Of a stretch of DNA of 64,000 nucleotides, positions 14,501 through 24,006 are shown piece after piece (positions within the stretch are counted from its first letter, which is position 1; each line of letters opens with the position of its first letter). Under the pieces are notes generated by a model. That model did not search any database. It saw only the letters and a list, made by a program, of their open reading frames with translations, and was not told where the DNA came from. The DNA lies in assembly GCA_028826165.1 (NCBI GenBank), contig JAPDFW010000084.1, forward strand, positions 261,614 through 325,613, read 5' to 3'. Source of the DNA: Anaeramoeba ignava BMAN. Its lineage: Eukaryota; Protista; Anaeramoebae. The translations under genes and the position numbers were made by a program.

Positions 14501-15983
14501 TTCAATTGATAATCAAATACTTAGATTTATTGTTAAAGATATTCTTGAATTGAAGGTTTATTTTTATTTAATTTAATTTTTATTTAATTTAATTTTGATT
14601 TTATTTAATTTTTATTTAATTTAATTTTAATTAGGATTTTGTTTTCCAAAATTCTGAAAATATTCAAAAATTTGCTGCTTGTTATAATGAATTAGATAAA
14701 TCTTGGGAATTTATTAAAAAAATTACAAATATTGAAAAGATTCTTGATCTTTTAATTCATATTGGTGCAACTCTTCAATTAAGAGAATTAATTTATGAAG
14801 CACTTCATAAATCATTAAAAAACAATGCTTCTTTAATTTATGAAAATGTTGAATTAGCATTCACACAAGTAAATCATTAAAATTCATTTATAAAATTAAA
14901 ATTCATTTATAAAATTAAATTTAAAATTAAAATTAAAATTAAAATTAAAATCAAATTTAAAATTAAAATTCATTTATAAAATTAAAATTCAATTTAAAAT
15001 TAAAATTAAATTTAAAATTAAAATTAATTTTTTAAATTTTAAAATTTAAATTAAAATTTAAATTTAAAATTAAAATTCATTTATAAAATTAAAATTAAAA
15101 TTAAAATTAAAATTAAAATTAAAATTCATTTATAAAATTAAAATTAAAATTAAAATTAAAATTAAATTTAAAATTAAAATTAAAATTAAAATTAAAATTA
15201 AAATTAAAATTCATTTATAAAATTAAAATTAAAATTAAAATTAAAATTAAATTTAAAATTCATTTATAAAATTAAATTTAAAATTAAAAGTATCCCGAAA
15301 ATTTATTAGCCAAAGAAGAATTTATAGACATAGATTGTTATGCACAATCATGTGGATTATTATCAAATTCATTAGTAGATCATCCATTTCGAGAAGCAAT
15401 TATGATAGCAAATCAAACAGGAACAGGAATAGATTGGGGACTTTTACCTTATTTATTCGGAATATTATTTGCAAGTCCAACATGGATTTTTGCAAATTAT
15501 TTACCAAATATTGATTCTCATTTAAACAACTCACATTGCATTGTTAAATCAATTAAAAAACTCCTTGTTATTCCATTTACAGTTCAAAGAAAACACATCA
15601 CAAAATTGGAAGAAGAAGGAGAAATTTATTTGAAAAATCAATTCAGAAAATTCATTGAAGTTTCTTCTTTTGTTATTCTTCAAGTGGATCGCAATAAAGA
15701 TCCTAAAAAACCTGTTTTAATTCGTGATATGTTTGTGATTCTTGATAAATTTATTGATAATTCAAATATTTTCTCTCGTGATTTACTTGATGAATTTATT
15801 CCTTATACTTTTTTAAGAACAATTTATTCTCGTTTCTTTAGAGAAACTAAAGCTGACCAAAAAGATGAAGATTTTGCAAAGGTTTCAAATGAACCAAAAG
15901 AAGAAATTATTGAAAATTCTCAACCTCAAATCTCTCAAACAAAATCAATTAATGAAAATGAGAAAGAAATCGAAAATAATTAA
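8580..15983 (+). CDS. NCKAP1: Nck-associated protein 1 / Hem / NapA (WAVE regulatory complex); exons 8580-8663, 8751-8861, 8983-9132, 11893-12189, 12341-12787, 12855-13032, 13120-14124, 14197-14555, 14635-14868, 15291-15983
   Basis: Family-like motifs GLLSQLYNLK, EVNWLFRH, IIQRYYYKFL, LRLNWFR, PGVES, ALCNFFGPYGIR, LDEFIPYTFLRTIY; nine GT-AG introns keep the frame. Confidence 0.9.
9140..11890. repeat. 2.75-kb intronic repeat (AATAATAAATTT)n
   Basis: Fills NCKAP1 intron 3 (9133-11892) almost entirely. Confidence 0.95.
14875..15288. repeat. Intronic (AAAATT)n repeat with CATTTAT interruptions
   Basis: NCKAP1 intron 9. Confidence 0.9.
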
Positions 15984-16054
15984 CAAAAAAATTTGGTTTT
16001 AATTTTTTAATAAAAATAAAAATAAAAATAAATAAAAATAAATAAATAAAATAA

Positions 16055-16197
16055 TGATGTGGACGGGATTCGAACCCGCGCTTCCAAAGGAAAATGACTT
16101 TCTAGTGTTAATCCTATAAGACGGACCATTTAATAAATTAAATGATCAAAGGGAAATAGGAATATAAACATCGCCTTAACCACTCGGCCACCACATC
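16055..16197 (-). tRNA. Type-II (long variable arm) tRNA gene, best read as tRNA-Ser(AGA), interrupted in the anticodon arm by a ~61-nt non-canonical insert
   Basis: Acceptor stem GATGTGG/CCACATC, A-box TGGCCGAGTGGTTAAGGC, variable arm TTCC-TTT-GGAA, T-arm GCGGG-TTCGAAT-CCCGT, CT-AGA-AA loop on the 3' side, T-run terminator downstream. 143 nt versus ~82 for a mature Ser tRNA. Confidence 0.8.
16103..16166 (-). ncRNA. Candidate single-hairpin box H/ACA guide RNA inside the tRNA insert
   Basis: Lower stem TCCTAT/ATAGGA, internal pocket TTCCCTTT/CGTCTT, upper stem GATCATTTAA/TTAAATGGTC; ACA at 16108-16106, 15 nt from the top of the pocket. Confidence 0.4.
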
Positions 16198-16264
16198 TTT
16201 TTATTTTAATTTTTATTTTAATTTTTTTTTATATTTTTTAAAAATTGGAAAAAGACCTCTTTTA

Positions 16265-17280
16265 TAATCAAATTTATTTTCTATTTCTAATTAAATTATT
16301 AATATAAATTTATTTTCTATTTATAAATAAATTTACTTTTTATTTATAAATAAATTATTAATATAAATTTACTTTCTATTTATAAATAAATTAATAATAT
16401 AAATTTATTTTCTATTTATAAATAAATTAATAATATAAATTTATTTTTTTATTTTAAATTTATTTTTTATTTTAAATAAATTAATATAAATTTATTTTTC
16501 AATTTATAAATAAATTATTAATATAAATTTATTTTCTATTTCTAATTAAATTATTAATATAAATTTACTTTTTATTTCTAATTAAATAAATTAAATAAAT
16601 AAATTTTTATTTTCTATTTCCTTATAAATTAAAAATTTATTTTCTATTTAATAAAATATAAATTTTATTTTCAATTTATTTAAATAAATAATTAATTTAA
16701 ATTTCTATTTCTAAATAAATTAATAATATAAATTTTTTTAAAAATGAATTTTCCCTTCATTTCTAAATAAATTTAATAATATAAATTTATTTTCTATTTC
16801 TAAATAAATTAATAATATAATTTTACTTTAAATTTTTTATAAATAAATTTATAATATAAATTTACTTTCGAATTTCTAAATAAATTATTAATATAAATTT
16901 ACTTTCTATTTTTATAATTAAATTATTAATATAAATTTATATTTACTTTTTCTATTTATAAATAAATTATTAATATAAATTTACTTTTTATTTCTAAATA
17001 AATTATTAATATAAATTTATTTTCAATTTATAAATAAATTATTAATATAAATTTATTTTCTATTTCTAAATAAATTTATTTGGTATTTCTAAATAAATTA
17101 TTAATATAAATTTACTTTCAATTTATAAATAAAATAATTAATATAATTTTAATTTAAAAAAAAATTTTATAAATAAAATAAATTTACTTTCTATTTATAA
17201 ATAAATTTATTTTCTATTTCTAAATAAATTATTAATATAAATTTACTTTCTATTTATAAATAAATTATTAAAATAAAAAT
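16265..17280. repeat. Intergenic degenerate AT-rich minisatellite (unit like ATAAATAAATTATTAATATAAATTTATTTTCTATTT)
   Basis: Recurrent TTATTAATATAAATTTA and TTTCTATTT blocks upstream of the tRNA gene. Confidence 0.8.
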
Positions 17281-17345
17281 TAACGGAAATTTGAAAATGA
17301 AAAAATGAAAAAATGAAAAATATTTTATTTTTATTTATTTTTATT

Positions 17346-17705
17346 TTAATTTAAATTTGAATTTGAATTATTCTTTTCTTCAATTTCCATATTATTTTCA
17401 GCTTCATTTGGTAATGTTGCAAAATTTGTACAAGAAATAAATTGCAAAAGTTTTGGAAAATGTTGATATTTTTCACATAATTCAGTTTTCTTTTGAAGAA
17501 TTTTTTTTTTCTGATCTAAAAGTTCTAATTGTTCTTCACGAGTAATTTTAAGTTCAGGACTGCTTTCAAGAATAGAAAAGCATTTTTCAATTTTTTCATC
17601 AAAAATTTGTACAGCTTTTGCAACTTCAACTGTTGAATTATTTTCAATTTTTTCTAATATTTTTAATACTTTTGGTAAAAGTTGAAAATTTTGTTCAAAT
17701 TCCAT
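17346..17705 (-). CDS. MED9: Mediator subunit 9-like protein (119 aa)
   Basis: FQLLPKVLKILEKIE...ILESSPELKITREEQLELLDQKKKILQKKTELCEKY matches the Med9 pattern (LP...MPGI.LS.EQQ...L..KNELL.KY). Confidence 0.7.
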   Translation of the reverse strand: MEFEQNFQLLPKVLKILEKIENNSTVEVAKAVQIFDEKIEKCFSILESSPELKITREEQLELLDQKKKILQKKTELCEKYQHFPKLLQFISCTNFATLPNEAENNMEIEEKNNSNSNLN

Positions 17706-17852
17706 TTAAAAAATTAAATTTAAAAAAATGAAAAATGAAAAATGAAAAATGAAAAATGAAAAATAAATTTTTTATTAAACTTTCTTTTTGTTTTTTTTTT
17801 TTTTGTTTTTGTTTTTTGTTTTTTCCGAATAATTTTGATTTCTTGTTTTAGA

Positions 17853-20800
17853 TTATTTTTTTTTTTGATTTAATTGCTCGTAAAAAATCGAAAAAGATTT
17901 CTATTTAAAAAAAGGTTTTGTTTTTGTTAAAAAAATGTTAAAAATTTTTTTTTTGGATTAAAAAAATTTTTTCATACTTGAAAGCTGGAATAAAATGAGA
18001 TGGATTCTTGTAATTTCATCACAAATAATTGAATCAATTTCACCATTTGAGGTAAATTATCAACAGAATTTGAAGAGTAAATAGATTGAATTTTTTTTGC
18101 AGTTTGTTGTGAAAGATTTAGATCTTTATTCTTTTTCTTAATTTGAGTTTCCAAATCAGAAAAAAGTGATGAATAAATGGAATTTTTTCTTTGATCTAAT
18201 TGTGGATCAAATTGGGAAAGATCTTCAATTGAGTTAACAAATTCAAAAACTTCATCACTTTCTTTTTTTGTTTTAATTTCTTGAATAATGTTTTGAATTT
18301 CTGAATTTTCTTGAATATTTTCACTTAATTTTTGGAATTCTTCAATATCGCTAATAGTATTTGAATCAAAAAAATACGATTCAATTGTTAATACTTGGTC
18401 AAATTTTTGTTGGTGAGCTTTAAAAAAAATATCTAATTTTTGGTCTGAATTTGTTGCTTGAGTTAAAAAGTTCCCAAATTTTTGAACAAAAGAAAAAAAT
18501 TCACTTTTTGTTTGAAAATATTAAAGTAATAATTTAAAAATTAAAATTAAATCAATTTCTTTTTGATTTAAATTTACGATTGTTTTAATTCTTTTTGAAC
18601 TTGAAAATATTGTGAGTGCATTTTTTCTCTTAATTGATTTTGATATTGAAATAATTTGTTTATCTGTTCCATTCCATTCTAAAATTCAATTTTGAATTTT
18701 AATTTTGAATTTTAATTTTAATTTTAATTTTAATTTTAATTTTAATTTTAAATTTTAATTTTAATTTTAATTTTAATTTTAATTTTAATTTTGATTTTTG
18801 ATTTTAATTTTGATTTTAATTTTAATTTTAATTTTAATTTTAATTTTAATTTTAAATTTTAATTTTAATTTTAATTTTAATTTTAATTTTAATTTTAATT
18901 TTAATTTTAATTTTAATTTTAATTTTAATTTTGATTTTAATTTTAATTTTAATTTTAATTTAAATTTTAATTTTAAATTTTTGATTTTTAATTTTAATTT
19001 TAATTTTAATTTTAATTTTGATTTTGATTTTAATTTTAATTTTAATTTTGAATTTTAATTTTAATTTTAATTTTATAAATGAATTTTAATTTTAATTTTG
19101 ATTTTAATTTTAATTTTAATTTTAATTTTAATTTTAATTTTAATTTTAATTTTGATTTTAATTTTAATTTTAAATTTTAATTTTAATTTAATTTTAAATT
19201 TTAATTTGATTTTAATTTTAATTTTAATTTTAATTTTAATTTTAATTTTAATTTTAATTTTTAATTTTAATTTTAATTTTAATTTTAATTTTAATTTTTA
19301 ATTTTGAATTTTAATTTTAATTTTAATTTTAATTTTAATTTTAATTTGATTTTTGAATTTTAATTTTGAATTTTAATTTTAATTTTAATTTTAATTTTAA
19401 GTTTTAATTTTAATTTTAGTTTAATTTTTGATTTTAATTTTGATTTTAAATTTTAATTTTAATTTTAATTTTGAGTTTTAATTTTAATTTTAATTTTAAT
19501 TTTAAATTTTAATTTTTAATTTTAATTTTAATTTTAATTTTAATTTTGATTTTGAATTTTAATTTTAATTTTAATTTTAATTTTAATTTTAATTTTAATT
19601 TTAATTTTAATTTTAATTTTAATTTTAATTTTAAATTTGATTATTTTATACTTTGCTTATTATATCTTTCATAAAAGGTACTGAATTAGAAATTATGGAA
19701 ATTTCTTGAAACAATGAATTATTGATAAATTCTTGAATGTTTTTTTCCAAATTATTGTATTTTTGTTCAATCATTTGAATTTGCTTTTCCAAAGAATCAA
19801 AATATTTTTTAATTGATTTCATAACAAAAATTGGAACTAAATTAACAAGTGGTTCATTTTTAATATACTCAGAAAAAATGACATCTTTTGATGGTTGTGT
19901 AATTAATTGATTGGGAGGAATTGCTTTCAAATTTTTATAACTTGGAATTTCAGTTAACATGAATTTTGCTTCTTTTTCTTCTTTTTCTAACATATTTGTT
20001 AATCTCTAATATAATATTTTTAAATTTTGATTTTAAATTTGATTTTGATTTTAATTTTGATTTTGATTTAATTTTAAATTATATTTAACTGGTTCAATAT
20101 CTTTCATTGCTTCATTAAGTTCAGTAAAATTTGATTTAATTTTTTTGAATTCTTTTAATCTGGAAGTTGCATAACGAAGTCTAGAAATTTTCTCTTCATT
20201 TTTGATAGTTTTTTTTTTATGAGTTGAATCAGTTGAATAATCCAAATTCATTAATATATCCCAAAATAAAAGTTTTGATTGAATGTGATCCCAAAATTCC
20301 TGGAATAATATAAATTTATTTTAATTTTGAATTTAAATTTTAATTTAATTTGATTTTAATTTTGATTTTAATTTCTAAATGTACAGTTGGCAATTTTTTA
20401 CTAAAAGAAGCTGTCACATATCTCATTGCTTTTTTATAAAGTTCACAAATTTGAGATAAAACAGTTGGAGTAGACTTAAATTTTCCTGTTCTTTTTGACC
20501 ATGAAAACATAGCTTCTTCACCTTGTGCAAGCATTATAGTTGAACAAAAATCTAAAAACTCAGGACTTAAATCAAATGTTGATTCTGGTAATTTCTTTGT
20601 GATTTCTTTAACAAAAAGAAACCATTTTGAAGCTTGTGAAAATATTCTCATAATTTCTTTAAGTTCTGCAACATCACTATAAGATAAAGTCATTGGTGCT
20701 TGGCTTAAAATTGATGCATAATTAAATAAAATTGATGCTTTTTCGAATTCGAAATCTGGGGAAGAATCTTTTTGAATTAAAATTAATTTAAATATTTAAT

Positions 20801-21781
20801 TTAATTTTATTTAATTTAATTTAATTTGATTTAATTTGATTTAATTTGATTTAATTTGATTTAATTTGATTTGATTTGATTTGATTTGATTTGATTTGAT
20901 TTGATTTGATTTGATTTAATTTGATTTAATTTGATTTAATTTGATTTAAATATTTGATTTGATTTGATTTAAATATTTGATTTAAATATTTAATTTGATT
21001 TAATTTGATTTAATTTGATTTAATTTGATTTAAATATTTGATTTGATTTGATTTAATTTAATTTGATTTAATTTAATTTAATTTAATTTTATTTGATTTG
21101 ATTTAATTTAAATATTAAATTTGATTTGATTTGATTTGATTTAATTTGATTTGATTTAATTTGATTTAATTTAATTTGATTTAATTTAAATATTTAATTT
21201 GGTTTAATTTGATTTGATTTAATTTGATTTGATTTAAATATTTGATTTAAATATTTAATTTGATTTGATTTAATTTGATTTAATTTGATTTAATTTGATT
21301 TAATTTGATTTGATTTAATTTAATTTAATTTAATTTGATTTGATTTGATTTGATTTAATTTAATTTAAATATTTGATTAAATATTTACAAGTGCTATTCG
21401 CAAAGGATGAATTCCATTTCCATTTAATTTTGATCTTTTCTGCACCACCATAACGAGGATGTAATAATTTATTTTGTAATAAATTTAAATAACCGACATA
21501 TCTTGTAAATAAAAAAAATAAAACGGAAAAAAAAATAAATTGATTTTTTTTTTTAAATATTTCTTTAAAAAAAATTACTCAAAAATAATATCGTTGCTTT
21601 TATAAGAAGTGATTTCTCTTGATTTTTTTGCAAGTTCTTCAATTTTTTGAAAAGAATTTGAAAATTGTTTGACATCTCCTAGTTTTTTTTCAGTAAAAAA
21701 ATTTGAAAGTTTTTTTGCAATTTTTGGTGATTTGCTTTTTTTTGATGGAATAATAATAAGTGAAGGTCTTATTGTAAGCAT
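17853..21781 (-). CDS. BRO1-domain (ALIX/Bro1-like, ESCRT-associated) protein, 8 exons
   Basis: Spliced WKWNSSF...FEFEKASILFNYASILSQ, FSQASKWF and DLSPEFLDFCSTIMLAQGEE are BRO1 hallmarks; seven GT-AG introns traced. The stop position depends on the length of a poly-A run. Confidence 0.8.
18680..19640. repeat. Intronic (AAAATT)n hexamer repeat
   Basis: Inside a BRO1-gene intron. Confidence 0.95.
20775..21385. repeat. Intronic (ATTTG/ATTTA)n pentamer repeat
   Basis: Inside BRO1-gene intron 2. Confidence 0.9.
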
Positions 21782-21966
21782 TTTAAAAATTTATCAAAAA
21801 AAAAACGGAAAAAAAAAATGAAAATTAAAAATTTAAAAAAAAGGAAAAAAAAATTAAATTTAGAATTTAAAAAAAAAAAGAAAAAGCTTTTTTTTCCGAT
21901 TTTTCTTTTTTCTTTCATTTTTTATTTTTTATTTTTTTCTAAATTAATTTGTTAAATTGTTAATTA

Positions 21967-23088
21967 ATGATTTCTTATTCTTTTTTTAATCAAAAAAAAT
22001 CAACTTCTTCTTTTAATAAATTTTTATTTTCAACAATTTCAAATTATAAACAAATAATTTATTATCAACATGGAGATCCAAGAAAAGTATTAAAATTTGA
22101 AGAAGGAAATGAAGAAATCAAAAAAGAATTGAAACCCAATGAAATTCTAATTAAAATGAAAATGGCACCAATAAATCCGGCAGATTTAAATCAAATTGAA
22201 GGAGTTTATCCGTTGAAACCAAAGCTCCCCGCTATTGGAGGAAATGAAGGTATCGGGGAAGTTATTGAGATAGGAAAAGATGTCAAGAATCAAAATTTAT
22301 TCAAGATTGGGGATTATGTTATTCCCACAAGACCAGCAATTGGAACTTGGAGAACTCACTTGAAAATCAATTATGAAAAAGCAGTTAAAATTTCTTCCAA
22401 AATTGACCCAGTTATATTGTCAAATATGGGACTTGTTCGAACAGCAATGAAATTAATAACCGGGTTTGAATCATTGAATAAAGGTGATTTTCTTGTGCAA
22501 AATGCGGCTAATTCTGCTGTTGGTCAATCAGTTATTCAAATTGCAAAATTTTATGGATTTAAAACTATAAATTTTATTCGTTATAAAAATGCAAATTTAT
22601 ATAATGAAACAAAAAACTATCTTGAATCGATTGGCGCAGATTTTGTTTCGAATGATATTGAACTCAAAGATATTAAGAATTTTCGAAAGAAATTCAATCA
22701 AGAATGGGGATTTAAAAATCAAAAAAAACCGAAACTATTTTTAAATTGTGTTGGAGATTTTTGGGTTGATTTGATCGCAAAAATACTTGGTAATGATTCT
22801 TCTATTGTTACATATGGAGGGATGGCAAGAGGATCTAAAGTTTCTATTTCTCCTTCCAAATTAATTTTCCAAAATTTCAAGTTATTTGGTTTTTGGCTAT
22901 CTCAATGGCTCAATACTCATTCTAATGATCAAATTATCAGTTTGAATTCTTTATGTCAAGATATGTTGCATCAAGTTGATTTCAAAATTAAAACTCAAGT
23001 TGTTTCATTTAATGATTTTTATTTAGCTCTTGATAAAAATTTCAAAAATGAGCCAAATCGAGGAAAGATTGTTTTGAAAATGGATTAA
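21967..23088 (+). CDS. MECR: Trans-2-enoyl-ACP/CoA reductase (MECR/Etr1 family, MDR superfamily) with a probable organellar presequence
   Basis: APINPADLNQIEGVYP (catalytic Tyr position), GGNEGIGEV, GTWRTH, QNAANSAVGQSVIQIA, VTYGGM, GFWLSQW; S/F/K-rich acid-free N-terminus. Confidence 0.9.
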   Translation: MISYSFFNQKKSTSSFNKFLFSTISNYKQIIYYQHGDPRKVLKFEEGNEEIKKELKPNEILIKMKMAPINPADLNQIEGVYPLKPKLPAIGGNEGIGEVIEIGKDVKNQNLFKIGDYVIPTRPAIGTWRTHLKINYEKAVKISSKIDPVILSNMGLVRTAMKLITGFESLNKGDFLVQNAANSAVGQSVIQIAKFYGFKTINFIRYKNANLYNETKNYLESIGADFVSNDIELKDIKNFRKKFNQEWGFKNQKKPKLFLNCVGDFWVDLIAKILGNDSSIVTYGGMARGSKVSISPSKLIFQNFKLFGFWLSQWLNTHSNDQIISLNSLCQDMLHQVDFKIKTQVVSFNDFYLALDKNFKNEPNRGKIVLKMD

Positions 23089-23104
23089 ATTTGAAATGAA
23101 ACTA

Positions 23105-23925
23105 CAAAACAAAACAAAACAAAACAAATCAAATCAAATCAAAACAAATCAAATCAAATCAAATCAAATCAAATTAAATCAAATCAAATATTTAAATTAA
23201 ATCAAATTAAATCAAATTAATTCAATTCAATTCAATATTTAATATTCAATTCAATTCAATTCAATTCAATTCAATATTCAATTCAATTCAATTCAATTCA
23301 ATTCAATATTCAATTCGATATTCAATTCAATATTCAATTCAATTCAATATTCAATTCAATCCAATTCAATTCAATTCATTATTCAATTCAATATTCGATT
23401 CAATATTCAATTAATATTCAATATTTCAATTCAATTCATATTTCAATTTATTCATTTCAATATTCAATTCAATATTCAATATTCAATATTCAATCATTAT
23501 TCAATATTCAATATTCAATTTCAATTATTCAATTTAATTCAATATTCAATTCCAATATTTAATATTCAATATTCAATATTCAATTCAATTCAATATTTAA
23601 TCCAATATTCAATTCAATTCAATTCAATATTTAATATTCAATTCAATTCAATTCAATATTCAATTCAATATTTAATTTAATTCAATATTCAATTCAATTC
23701 AATTCAATACAATTCAATATTTAATATTCAATTCAATATTCAATATTCAATATTCAATTTAATATTTAATTCAATATTTAATTTCCAATTCAATTCAATT
23801 CAATATTCAATTCAATATTCAATTCAATATTCAATTCAATTCAATTTAATATTCAATTTAATATTCAATTCAATATTTAATTTAATTCAATATTCAATTC
23901 AATTTAATATTCAATTTAATTATCA
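23105..23925. repeat. Intergenic pentamer array grading from (CAAAA)n to (CAAAT)n to (CAATT/CAATATT)n
   Basis: Seen directly between the MECR stop and the sorting nexin start. Confidence 0.9.
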
Positions 23926-24006
23926 ATCTAAATAAAAATCAAATAAAAATCAAAATTTTTTTTTTCATTTTTTTTTTCATTTTTTTTTCTTTCTTTTATT
24001 TTAATA

